A program made the translations under genes and the position numbers. Positions 39,436 to 49,206 of a stretch of DNA of 64,000 nt are shown here, in pieces. Where the stretch lies: assembly GCA_020832235.1 (NCBI GenBank), contig JAFIEZ010000003.1, positions 5,165 through 69,164 on the forward strand, given 5' to 3'. The stretch's first letter is position 1. Each line of letters starts with the position of its first letter. A model generated the notes under the pieces. That model was given only the letters and a program-made list of their open reading frames with translations, made no database searches and had not been told where the DNA came from. Source of the DNA: Bacteroidota bacterium (GTDB lineage: Bacteria > Bacteroidota > Rhodothermia > Balneolales > HLUCCA01).

Positions 39436-42400
39436 TTAAGCGGCCTGCGGATCTTCCTCAGAAGATACCTTATCTGCGAGCTTATGAATTTCTTTTAGTG
39501 GCAGGTATTTTCTGAATCCTGTCTTTAGATCGTTCCAGCCATTCAGTATAGAATTGGCCCTGTTGCTGTTTGTTTTCTTCAGATAGTCTTCCAGGAGATC
39601 TTTAAGCTCGCGTTCATCTTCATCGTTAAGGGGTACTTGGTCAATGTAATTCTTATTTATATTCGCATCCTGATCGCCATAGATATATAATTTACCCCCG
39701 GTCATGCCCGCACCAATATTGCTGGACGTATTACCAAGAATCATAACCAGGCCGTTGGTCATATATTCACAAGCATGTAAACCTGTTCCCTCAACTATAG
39801 CAGTAGCACCGGAGTTTCTAACGGCGAACCGGTCACCGGCCAAACCGTTTACGTAGAGTTTACCACCAGTAGCACCATACATGGTACAGTTACCAATTAT
39901 GGCATTTTCTTCCGGTTTAAAAGTAGCGGCCTTGTTCGGACGTATAACCGCGAGTCCTCCCGACATGGCTTTACAAACCGAATCGTTTGCCTCTCCGTAG
40001 AGGGTAGTGCTAATACCTTCTACCATGAACACGCCAAAGCCTTGCCCTGCACTTCCGGTAAATTCGATATCAATCTTGCCGTCAAATCGGACATGCTCAT
40101 GCGACGGGTCACCAGCTTTGATTTTATCCAGCCGTTCTGTGTGGATTTTTCGTGCTATTTCTCCGGAGAGTGTTGCCAGTGCAGCGCGATCTGTGGTAAA
40201 TATTCTATGTTTAAGAGCAACCGAGCCTTGAGATATTATTGCGTCTTTACACTCATCAACCAGCGTTTTATTCAACTCATTTACACCTTCGAAATACAGG
40301 TTGGTACGCTCAGAGTTGTCTTGTGTACTTTCCCCAAGGAAGAAACTCAGGTCAAGATGGCGTGTCGATACCAGATCGCCGTGCTTATCATGAACTTTAA
40401 GCAGGTCTGTTCTGCCTCTGAGTTTATCCAGACTTTCAACACCAACTTTGGAAAGGTAACGCCGAACATCTTCGGCGATGTATTTCAAAGTGGTTACCAC
40501 ATGGTCTTTATGTCCTTTGTATTTTGCCTTAAACTTTGGATCGTGAGTTGCTATACCCGTAGGACATGTATTCTTTTCACAGATACGGGCCATAACGCAG
40601 CCTTCTGCTACAAGTAGCAATTTCCCAAACTCAAACTCTTCCGCTCCAAGTATCGCCGCCACAACAATATCTTTACCCGTATGTAGACCGCCGTCTGTAC
40701 GTAATTTTACATTCTTGCGCAGGTTATTTGCTATTAGAGCTTTATGCACTTCCACAAGACCGAACTCGAAAGGAAGACCAGCATGCTTCATTGAAGTGAG
40801 CGTAGCCGCTCCGGTACCTCCATCTCCGCCGGAAACATGTATTACATCAGCACCGGCTTTAGCAACACCTACAGCAATAGTACCAATATTGGCACCGGCA
40901 ACAAGCTTTACATTCACCTTAGCGTCAGGTTTCAGCTGTTTTAGCTCATAGATGAGTTCTTTGAGATCTTCAATTGAGTATATATCGTGCAGTGGAGGAG
41001 GGGATATGAGATCAACCCCGACATTGGCGTAACGTGCTTTGGCGATATCTTCATTTACCTTCACGCCCATAAGTTGCCCACCTTCTCCTGGCTTGGCGCC
41101 TTGAGCGATCTTTATCTGAAACTCATCACCGGAGACCAGGTACTCGGCTGTAACTCCGAATCGAGCCGAAGCCACTTGCTTGGCAGAAGCCGTAATACCC
41201 TCTGTAAAGTAATATGGATTTTCACCACCTTCACCACTGTTAGATCTCCCGCCAATTTCTTTCATTGCCAGGAAGATATCACGCTGCGACTCAGCACTGA
41301 TAGCTCCAAACGACATGGCGCCGCTTCCAAAGGTTTTCAGGATGTCGGCCTGACTTTGAACCGTCTCCAGTTCCAATGACTCAGTTGCCGGTTTCAAATC
41401 AAATAAATGTCGGATGTTAACCGGTGCATCATCCTCGCCTACCTTAAGATATTCATTGAACAGCTCCATCGATTTGAGGCTGAATCCTGTTTCTCTTACG
41501 AGTTCATGAATAATCTTGGATCGTGTGTTGGTCATAGCGTGCTTTTCGCCCTCCTTACCACGATTATGTTCTTTCCAGAAATAGGTTTTGATGACTTTGT
41601 CATCGGCGGCGGCAACTTTAGCAAGCTCCAGCTTTTTCACGATATCGTCTACAATATGCTCGAGCTCAATACCGCCAATTGGAGAATAAAGCCCAGGGAA
41701 AAAATCTGCGGTAATCTTCTTGCCAATGCCCACTGCTGTGAACAGTTTTGAACTTTGATAGCTTCTGACAACCGAAATACCCATCTTAGCCATAACTTTC
41801 AGCAAACCTGACTCGAAAGCTTTTATAAGATTCTTCTCTTTGTCGTCAGGATTCATATCACGAAGATTCCGGTCGTCTTCAAAGCGTGCGAGCTCAAGTG
41901 CTATATAAGGGCACACTGCTGATGCCCCAAATCCAATAAGCGCTGCCACGTGATGGGTTGATTTAATCTCACCGGAATGCACTAATATAGAGGCATTCAG
42001 ACGCTGCCCTGTTTCATTGAGACTGTTAACCAACGCGCGAAGCGCAAGTAGGCTTGGAATTGGAGCGCGATCAAAATCTGCACGCTCATCGCTCAACGCC
42101 AAAATAGTATAACCATTATTCACAGCTTCGCTTGCCTCCTCGGATAGTTTTTGTAATCTGGATTTCAGACCAACTACACCGTGAGTAACATCGAAGGTCA
42201 TGTCAAGGACCTTGGTTTTAATCCGCAGATGTTTATCTACTTCCCCGTCTAATGATCGTATGTAGTCCATTTCACCAAGACTGATAATCGGGCTCTTCAG
42301 CTCATAGGCTACAGCAGGGGGGATCAGCTCCTTTTTTTCGAAAATGTTAGGTTTTTTACCTAAATGCACACTCAGGTCGGTAACCATTTCTTCACGTATG

Positions 42401-43869
42401 TAATCGAGTGGTGGATTCGTAACCTGCGCAAAGTTCTGGTAGAAAAAATCGAAGAAAGAACGCGGTTCATCAGAGAGAATTGCTGGTCGAGCTGTATCTC
42501 CCATAGAACCAATGGGCTCTTTACCGTCTTGAATGATGGGAACGAGCATTCGTTTAACATCTTCATCGGAATAGCTGAAAATGTGTTTCTTGTGTAATAA
42601 TTGTGGCTCAATCGGAATGCTGTTCGCTCTGATTGGTGCAAGTCTTGGATCAAAGTTTGCATCATGGTTATCGCGGGATTTGCTGGGATCGCGAAAATGA
42701 ACTTCGCCTTTGTCGATGTCTACCTTTACACCAGTGCCCGCATGAAGCGTGCCTTTTTTAAGGATGGTTGATTCATCAATGTCAAATGAACCCGCTTCTG
42801 AAGACAAGAAAAAATGATCGTTTGTAAGAGCCCAGCGGCAGGGGCGGAACCCATTTCGGTCGAGGCGCGCACCGATAGAGCGTCCATCTGAGTAGGTTAC
42901 AAATGCAGGGCCGTCCCAAGGCTCCATTGCCCTGCTCCAGAATTTGTAGAAGGGGTTATTACCGTCGGCCGGGGGCATCATCAATGCCAGAATGTCCTCA
43001 ACATTTGGTATGGAACTACGATACATGAGCGCTTCAACCATCTCGTTAAACGAGCCTGAATCGCTGATACCTTCATGAGTGAGCAGTTCATCTTCACGAA
43101 GACCCAGATAGCGCTCTCGGGAGTAAGCCCATGAGCGGTTACCTGCTATGGTATTGATTTCACCATTATGACCGATAAGCCGGAAAGGCTGAACCTTGTC
43201 CCATGAAGTTTTAGTGTTTGTTGAAAATCTGCGATGGTACAGTACAAAGCGGGTTTTGAAAGATGGATTCTGCAGATCAAGATAGAACCGGTCCAGGTCT
43301 TTTGAACGGGTTAGCGCTTTGTAATTTATGCTATTGGCCGAAAGTGAGGTAAAGAAAAATTCCTTGATAATACCATTTTCTCGTTCCTTTGTGCGTGTGA
43401 GCTGCTTGGCTGCATGCAAGAGCTTATCAAAGGAAGAGTTGGTTCGACAGTGCTCCGGTCGCTGTATGATGGCGTGTAGTATGCCTGGCATAGCCTCCAG
43501 CGCTTCGGGACCAAGAACGCTGCTGTCTATTGGGACTTCGCGATACTCAATAACTTTCAGACCGAGAAATGAGAACGTTTCTTCGAATACTCGTAAGGCA
43601 ATTCTGCGGCGTTCGGGGTGCGTAGGCGTGAATAAAGAAGCTACGGCCACGGAGTCTTTTTCGTAACCAAACAACTCAAACGGGATATCGGTCATGATGC
43701 CGGCACCGTCGCCGGTAATCTGATCGGCAGCGCACGCTCCGCGGTGCTCCATGCAACGTAATGCGTGAAGTCCTTTCTGCAGATGACTGTGAGTGTGTTC
43801 ATTTTTTAAACTCGCAATAAAACCCACGCCACATGCGGACTTCTCGGTACTTGAGAATTCGTAGCTCAT
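39436..43869 (-). CDS. gltB: Glutamate synthase large subunit
   Basis: ACGVGF N-terminal Cys nucleophile, HNGEINT, FAQVTNPP, KIAQGAKPGEGGQL, [3Fe-4S] motif CVMARICEKNTC, C-terminal GXGXG domain. Start placed at MSYEFS. Confidence 0.93.
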   Translation of the reverse strand: MSYEFSSTEKSACGVGFIASLKNEHTHSHLQKGLHALRCMEHRGACAADQITGDGAGIMTDIPFELFGYEKDSVAVASLFTPTHPERRRIALRVFEETFSFLGLKVIEYREVPIDSSVLGPEALEAMPGILHAIIQRPEHCRTNSSFDKLLHAAKQLTRTKERENGIIKEFFFTSLSANSINYKALTRSKDLDRFYLDLQNPSFKTRFVLYHRRFSTNTKTSWDKVQPFRLIGHNGEINTIAGNRSWAYSRERYLGLREDELLTHEGISDSGSFNEMVEALMYRSSIPNVEDILALMMPPADGNNPFYKFWSRAMEPWDGPAFVTYSDGRSIGARLDRNGFRPCRWALTNDHFFLSSEAGSFDIDESTILKKGTLHAGTGVKVDIDKGEVHFRDPSKSRDNHDANFDPRLAPIRANSIPIEPQLLHKKHIFSYSDEDVKRMLVPIIQDGKEPIGSMGDTARPAILSDEPRSFFDFFYQNFAQVTNPPLDYIREEMVTDLSVHLGKKPNIFEKKELIPPAVAYELKSPIISLGEMDYIRSLDGEVDKHLRIKTKVLDMTFDVTHGVVGLKSRLQKLSEEASEAVNNGYTILALSDERADFDRAPIPSLLALRALVNSLNETGQRLNASILVHSGEIKSTHHVAALIGFGASAVCPYIALELARFEDDRNLRDMNPDDKEKNLIKAFESGLLKVMAKMGISVVRSYQSSKLFTAVGIGKKITADFFPGLYSPIGGIELEHIVDDIVKKLELAKVAAADDKVIKTYFWKEHNRGKEGEKHAMTNTRSKIIHELVRETGFSLKSMELFNEYLKVGEDDAPVNIRHLFDLKPATESLELETVQSQADILKTFGSGAMSFGAISAESQRDIFLAMKEIGGRSNSGEGGENPYYFTEGITASAKQVASARFGVTAEYLVSGDEFQIKIAQGAKPGEGGQLMGVKVNEDIAKARYANVGVDLISPPPLHDIYSIEDLKELIYELKQLKPDAKVNVKLVAGANIGTIAVGVAKAGADVIHVSGGDGGTGAATLTSMKHAGLPFEFGLVEVHKALIANNLRKNVKLRTDGGLHTGKDIVVAAILGAEEFEFGKLLLVAEGCVMARICEKNTCPTGIATHDPKFKAKYKGHKDHVVTTLKYIAEDVRRYLSKVGVESLDKLRGRTDLLKVHDKHGDLVSTRHLDLSFFLGESTQDNSERTNLYFEGVNELNKTLVDECKDAIISQGSVALKHRIFTTDRAALATLSGEIARKIHTERLDKIKAGDPSHEHVRFDGKIDIEFTGSAGQGFGVFMVEGISTTLYGEANDSVCKAMSGGLAVIRPNKAATFKPEENAIIGNCTMYGATGGKLYVNGLAGDRFAVRNSGATAIVEGTGLHACEYMTNGLVMILGNTSSNIGAGMTGGKLYIYGDQDANINKNYIDQVPLNDEDERELKDLLEDYLKKTNSNRANSILNGWNDLKTGFRKYLPLKEIHKLADKVSSEEDPQAA

Positions 43870-44300
43870 GATTACTCCTAACATTTAATAAAAACTGGCT
43901 GTTTAGACGAAGACGGTCTGAAAATAATAACGAAGAGATACTGTTGTAGAATTCCAGATAAACTTTTCCGTCTTTTAATAACCCAAAAAATAATGGTCTT
44001 GTCAAGGAGGCTATCTGATCGAAAGTGTGGTTTAAATGAAATAAATAATCATTTTTATTATGTGTATAGCTGTCTGGAAGGTGGATTAGCCAGGTGAAAT
44101 TACGGCAATCATTGGAGGTTGGAAAGAAGAAAAGCGCTTACATGAAAGTCGATGAAAGAAGACGGAAATCAGTCAGAAAATTGTTCATGCAATGTTTCTA
44201 ACCGTTTTTCGAATAGTTGTAAAATATTGTAATAAGTCGGTGAGTGCTCAAGAGCAACTGCTGTCTGCACGTGATCCTCAGGATGAGTATTGGTTTTTCG

Positions 44301-45059
44301 TTAATGCAAGCGGACAGGAATTCCAGCATGGTCCATTTCTCGCTTCAGGTCTGTTATTTCAATTTCTTTGAAATGGAAAATGGAAGCGGCTAAAACGGCA
44401 TCTGCTTTACCGTTGGTTATGGCTTCAATACAATGTTGAATGGTACCGGCCCCTCCACTGGCCACCAGGGGGATTGGAACGGCGCTGGAAACCTGAGCTA
44501 ATAAATCATTGTCGAAACCTGATTTGGTGCCGTCTTTATCCATGCTTGTGAGCAGAATTTCGCCGGCACCCCTTGTGTAGACTTCCCGTGCCCATTCCAG
44601 ACAGTCAATTCCCGTATCTTCTGTACCGGCCTTCACGAAAATATTCCAGCTTCCATTCGTACGTTTAGCGTCAAGTGCTGCAACTATGCACTGCGAACCA
44701 AAGCGGTTAGCCGCCCTTGAAATTAGATCGGGATCGCGAACAATACTGCTGTTCAGAGATACCTTATCAGCACCGGCATGCAACAAGTCAGCGATTTCAT
44801 CCACCGATTTTATCCCTCCGCCAACTGTGAACGGGATGCTGATTTCTCTGGAGATTTCACGAACCAGATCAATCAGTGTTTTTCTTCGTTCATTTGTTGC
44901 CGTTATGTCTAAAAAAACCAGTTCATCGGCTCCTTCCAGTGAATACCTTCTGGCCAGCTCAACGGGGTCGCCTGCATCCCTTAATCCTTCGAAATTAACG
45001 CCTTTTACAGTTCGGCCATTTTTGATGTCAAGACAGGGAATAATTCGGGTTGATAGCAT
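44301..45059 (-). CDS. hisF: Imidazole glycerol phosphate synthase cyclase subunit
   Basis: [25 protein letters not shown] and ASGGAG motifs. Confidence 0.95.
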   Translation of the reverse strand: MLSTRIIPCLDIKNGRTVKGVNFEGLRDAGDPVELARRYSLEGADELVFLDITATNERRKTLIDLVREISREISIPFTVGGGIKSVDEIADLLHAGADKVSLNSSIVRDPDLISRAANRFGSQCIVAALDAKRTNGSWNIFVKAGTEDTGIDCLEWAREVYTRGAGEILLTSMDKDGTKSGFDNDLLAQVSSAVPIPLVASGGAGTIQHCIEAITNGKADAVLAASIFHFKEIEITDLKREMDHAGIPVRLH

Positions 45060-45162
45060 GTAAGAAAGGGTGCAAAAGTAAGAATTAAGGTCATATTACC
45101 TTTTAGTGATGTGCAAAAGTACGAAAATTCCGCCTGCATATCCTTTTTTTGTATCTTATTCT

Positions 45163-45834
45163 ATGAGTGAGATACATCGAAATAAACTGTCTGAGTCACA
45201 AGAAGATTACCTGAAGAAAATATACGTCTTAGGTGAAGTTGAACCGCAGGTTAGTACGCAGGCTCTTGCAGACCATCTGAAGGTTAAACCAGCTTCTGTT
45301 ACCGGAATGCTCAAAAAGCTGTCGGAGCTCGGACTGGTATCTTATGAGCGTTATAAAGGTGTTCAACTAACTCCGGCAGGTGAGCGTATCGCCGTTGAAA
45401 TCCTGCGACATCATCGTCTTATTGAGATGTATCTTTCTCAGGTGCTGGGTTATTCATGGGATGAAATTCATGATGAGGCCGAACGGTTGGAACATCATAT
45501 CAGTGAGAAATTCGAGGCAAAAATTGCCGAAAAGCTTGGGCATCCGACTCATGACCCTCATGGCGACCCTATTCCTCTCGCAGACCTTACATTTCCCGAT
45601 CAGCCTGCATTGCAGGTGTTAATGGACATTCCTGCAAATACTAAGGTCGTTATAAAAAGGGTCAGAACTCAGGATAGTGATATACTCACCTTGATGAGTA
45701 AGTTAGGTCTGACACTTGAAAAAGAGCTCACCGTACTTTCGCGGGATGCGGATGGAGTACGTATACAATTAGGTAATGATAGGATGCTTGTGCCTGCAGA
45801 TATTGCGCAGAAGATAAACGTAGGTGTTTACTAG
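45163..45834 (+). CDS. mntR: DtxR/MntR-family metal-dependent repressor with C-terminal FeoA/SH3-like domain
   Basis: SQEDYLKKIY, RHHRLIEMYL, HDEAERLEHHIS and DPHGDPIP motifs. Start placed at MSEIHRNK. Confidence 0.85.
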   Translation: MSEIHRNKLSESQEDYLKKIYVLGEVEPQVSTQALADHLKVKPASVTGMLKKLSELGLVSYERYKGVQLTPAGERIAVEILRHHRLIEMYLSQVLGYSWDEIHDEAERLEHHISEKFEAKIAEKLGHPTHDPHGDPIPLADLTFPDQPALQVLMDIPANTKVVIKRVRTQDSDILTLMSKLGLTLEKELTVLSRDADGVRIQLGNDRMLVPADIAQKINVGVY

Positions 45835-45844
45835 TATTCTTGAG

Positions 45845-46549
45845 CTACTTTGTTCGGTGTGCAATACCAGCGGCTTGTTCAACCTCGAGCATAAAAGCAA
45901 TTCCTTTACCAGGCTCATTTAGTTGCGCACGTTCAACAATTGATTTAAGCACTTTTTCACTGATATCTCTTTCAACAAGCGTTAATATGATATCCTTCTC
46001 TGGTTCTATTGCCATCGAAAACAGGGAGCTGGTTTCGTGTATCCCAGAGCCCCTGCCGTGAATAATCGTGCCACCTTCTGCGCCGGCCTCACGCGACGCC
46101 TGCATGACCTCGTCACTGTGGCCGCTATTTACAATCGTTACGATTAAATCGTACAAAACTTCGTTTTCCATGGAATGATTCGTTACAGATTTTCTTGGGT
46201 TTTTTTGAATTTTGCGCCCTATATGCACGCATCCGGCCAATTGCAGTATATCAACAACCAGTGATATACCAGTGTCTGGTTTGTGCAGTTTCATAATGCG
46301 GCGGATGGCTGTGAATACACTTTCTACAACACTGCCACGTGCCATAATTAACACAATTTCCTTCTCAAGGCTCTGACCTAATCCCCATAACGAGAATGTG
46401 CCAGGTGGTGCAGTACCATGCCCTAGAAGGGTGGTTGCACCTTCTGCCCCTGCTTTTTTTGCCGCAGAGATGACTTTAAGCGCAGCACCCTTCTTTACCA
46501 CGGTAAAAATCAGCTTATGTCGCAAATCTGTTGTCGTCTCAGTACTCAT
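45845..46549 (-). CDS. Tandem two-domain PII-like protein
   Basis: Two repeats of AGAEG(A/G)T..(G)xG...EK(E/D)I...G(I/K)..; ATGA overlap with the upstream gene. Confidence 0.82.
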   Translation of the reverse strand: MSTETTTDLRHKLIFTVVKKGAALKVISAAKKAGAEGATTLLGHGTAPPGTFSLWGLGQSLEKEIVLIMARGSVVESVFTAIRRIMKLHKPDTGISLVVDILQLAGCVHIGRKIQKNPRKSVTNHSMENEVLYDLIVTIVNSGHSDEVMQASREAGAEGGTIIHGRGSGIHETSSLFSMAIEPEKDIILTLVERDISEKVLKSIVERAQLNEPGKGIAFMLEVEQAAGIAHRTK

Positions 46550-47280
46550 TGTGAAGATTTATTTTCTTTGAATTTATAGAGTACGCCTAAAGTAAGAACC
46601 GAAAGAATTGGCGCAAGTGCAACCAATGCAATCATTCCAAAACCATCGATGGCGCTTCGCCCGGAGTCTTCTGCACCGGCAATACCCAGAGACAGGGCTG
46701 TAATGAATGTTACTGTCATAGGACCGGTGGCAACACCTCCGGAGTCGAAGGCTATGGCCGTAAATGTTTCACTGGTAAACCATGCCATTACGATAACTAT
46801 GCCATATCCACCGATGACAAAATACATCAACGGTAAGTCATATATAACACGTGCCATACTCAGGGCAATTGAAAATCCCACTCCGATAGATAATGTAATA
46901 AGCATAAGACGCTGAGGAATGTAACCGGCGGTTACTTTATCCACTTCATAATTCAATATACGAACGGCCGGCTCTGCGAAAGTCGCTACAAATCCCAGTA
47001 CAAAGCCTACCGGAATGATAATCCATTTGTAAGGCAGAGCCGCAAATTTTTCACCCATAGCTTCACCAAAGGGAAGAAATCCCACATGAACTCCGTGCAG
47101 AAAAAGAATAAGCCCGAAAAATGTCAGAATCACCCCTTTAATGATGTCAATAATTTTTTGACGGGGGAGTTTGAGGAAAAAAATCTGAAAGAAGATGAAG
47201 AATAGCAGGAGGGGAGCTAGTGCAAAGCTTACTTCCATAACCACGTGATCCAGACCTTTAAGTAAATCAATTTCACTCAT
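46546..47280 (-). CDS. DUF1538 family membrane protein
   Basis: Multi-TM protein with FAEPAV, AFDSGGVATGP and GFGMIALVA motifs. Confidence 0.85.
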   Translation of the reverse strand: MSEIDLLKGLDHVVMEVSFALAPLLLFFIFFQIFFLKLPRQKIIDIIKGVILTFFGLILFLHGVHVGFLPFGEAMGEKFAALPYKWIIIPVGFVLGFVATFAEPAVRILNYEVDKVTAGYIPQRLMLITLSIGVGFSIALSMARVIYDLPLMYFVIGGYGIVIVMAWFTSETFTAIAFDSGGVATGPMTVTFITALSLGIAGAEDSGRSAIDGFGMIALVALAPILSVLTLGVLYKFKENKSSQ

Positions 47281-47969
47281 GAGAAGAACATCCCCAATAT
47301 TAAAACGGCGATGATGGGTCCAATGGAAGCGAGGGCAACCAGCCCGAATCCGTCACCCGATCCTGATTTACCTTTGAGTACAGAGGCTACACCTACACCT
47401 AGTGCAAGTATAAAAGGCACCGCCATAGGACCAGTGGTTACACCGCCAGAGTCGAAGGATATGGGCAGGAAGGTGGGCTCTGAAAACCAGGCCAGAATAA
47501 AAACAACCGCATAGCCGACTGTTAGAATATAGATGATGGGAATACTGAAGATGATTTTCAGCATTGATACGGCAACAAAAAACGCGAGTCCCAGCGCGAC
47601 GGCATATACCAGTATGTTTCGGTCTACAGCCCCTTCAGAGGCGGTATCCACATAAGATGCAAGTACACGCACATCGGGCTCCGCAACCGTTACAACAAAT
47701 CCGAGTATGAAGCTGAACAAGAGTATAAACCAGAGCTTACCGGTTCTGGGCAGTGCCGAACCAATGCGTTCACCAATAGGAAGGAGACCGACATGAACAC
47801 CGAGAAGGAAGAGTATCAGGCCCGTAACCACCATCAGCGTACCGGCAACAAACTGAATGAAAATTGGCCATTCAACCCATATGATGGTGAACTGAAGCAA
47901 GAATACAACTACCGTGATAGGCAGTACACCCATCACAACTTCGTGAACAGTTTCAGATAGATTTGCCAT
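47277..47969 (-). CDS. DUF1538 family membrane protein (paralog)
   Basis: VAEPDV, SFDSGGVTTGP and GFGLVALAS motifs; ATGA overlap with the next gene. Confidence 0.85.
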   Translation of the reverse strand: MANLSETVHEVVMGVLPITVVVFLLQFTIIWVEWPIFIQFVAGTLMVVTGLILFLLGVHVGLLPIGERIGSALPRTGKLWFILLFSFILGFVVTVAEPDVRVLASYVDTASEGAVDRNILVYAVALGLAFFVAVSMLKIIFSIPIIYILTVGYAVVFILAWFSEPTFLPISFDSGGVTTGPMAVPFILALGVGVASVLKGKSGSGDGFGLVALASIGPIIAVLILGMFFS

Positions 47970-47987
47970 AAACTCCGGTTTGGATAA

Positions 47988-48001
47988 TTAGGTATGCCAA
48001 T
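47988..48001. promoter_or_regulatory. Putative DtxR/MntR operator
   Basis: TTAGGTATGCCAAT matches 8 of the 10 fixed positions of TTAGG-N4-CCTAA. It lies 18 nt upstream of the DUF1538 start. Confidence 0.5.
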
Positions 48002-48135
48002 ATCTCACTTTATTAGCTAAGTTCCACACTTTTAATGGGGGGAGGGCTGGCTATGTTACAATTTAGCTGGGGTGATTTATATGAAACTCGTCTTAATCAT
48101 CCACTCTTCCGTGAAATCTCTTAAATGGGGGATAT

Positions 48136-48171
48136 AAAAAAACCGGCAAGCGCCAAGGCACTCCACCGGTT
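48136..48171 (-). terminator. Terminator after sucD
   Basis: AACCGG...CCGGTT stem with a poly-U tail on the minus strand. Confidence 0.5.
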
Positions 48172-48190
48172 CTTTTAAATGTGTTGGAAT

Positions 48191-49063
48191 TTATTTTCCA
48201 AGCAATGTCTTCATAGTCTCACCCATTACGGCAGGATTTTCACAAACCGTGATACCCGCAGCAGCAAGTGCTTTCATCTTATCGTCGGCAGTACCTTTAC
48301 CACCAGATACAATAGCACCTGCATGACCCATACGTCGGCCCGGAGGCGCCGTTCTGCCCGCGATGAAGGCTACAACGGGTTTCTTTACGTGCTCTTTGAT
48401 GTAAGCTGCCGCTTCTTCCTCCGCTGTACCACCGATTTCACCGATAAGCATAATCGCTTCGGTGTCCGGATCTTCATTCAAGAGTTTTACAGCATCGGTG
48501 TGCGTAGTACCAATAACCGGGTCGCCACCAATACCAATAGCTGTGGTTTGCCCCAGACCAACTTTGCTGAGCTGGTCAACCGCCTCGTAGGTTAATGTAC
48601 CTGATCGGGAGATAAGTCCGATAGGACCGGGAGTAAAGATGTTACCCGGCATAATACCCACTTTAGCTTCACCGGGGGTGATAACACCAGGACAGTTCGG
48701 GCCTATGAGTGTCGCACCCATACGCGTTACTACGTCTTTGGCCACAATCATATCTTTTACAGGAATGCCTTCAGTAATACAAATAATCACTTTAACTCCG
48801 GCTAGTGCCGATTCAATAATGGCATCTGAGGCAAATGCTGGAGGAACAAAAATTACAGATGTGTTTGCACCTTCTTCGCTTACTGCGTCAGCAACGGTAT
48901 TGAAAACCGGACGATCGAGGTGTTTGGTTCCTCCTTTTCCGGGTGTTACCCCGCCAATAACATTGGTTCCATAATCTATCATCTGCCCGGCATGGAAACT
49001 TCCTTCTTTACCGGTAAATCCCTGCACTACTAAGCGGGTGTCTTTTCCAACTAAAACGCTCAT
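48191..49063 (-). CDS. sucD: Succinyl-CoA synthetase alpha subunit
   Basis: [21 protein letters not shown] and RMGHAGA (phospho-His) motifs. Confidence 0.95.
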   Translation of the reverse strand: MSVLVGKDTRLVVQGFTGKEGSFHAGQMIDYGTNVIGGVTPGKGGTKHLDRPVFNTVADAVSEEGANTSVIFVPPAFASDAIIESALAGVKVIICITEGIPVKDMIVAKDVVTRMGATLIGPNCPGVITPGEAKVGIMPGNIFTPGPIGLISRSGTLTYEAVDQLSKVGLGQTTAIGIGGDPVIGTTHTDAVKLLNEDPDTEAIMLIGEIGGTAEEEAAAYIKEHVKKPVVAFIAGRTAPPGRRMGHAGAIVSGGKGTADDKMKALAAAGITVCENPAVMGETMKTLLGK

Positions 49064-49206
49064 GCGTTGATCCTTTTGAGTTAATAATGGGTGGTTTACA
49101 TATTAAAAAAATAATAGCTCGAATATACCCACCACTATCGACTAATGAAAGTGAATCCATGTAATACTTCTGTAAGGTCTTCACCAAATCTGCTATCTTT
49201 GGTTTT

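Noticed and set aside
43799-44005. 68-aa ORF upstream of gltB as a leader peptide
   Set aside because: Its start codon is the TTG of a probable TTGACA promoter element, it overlaps gltB out of frame, and it has no Glu/Gln-rich signature.
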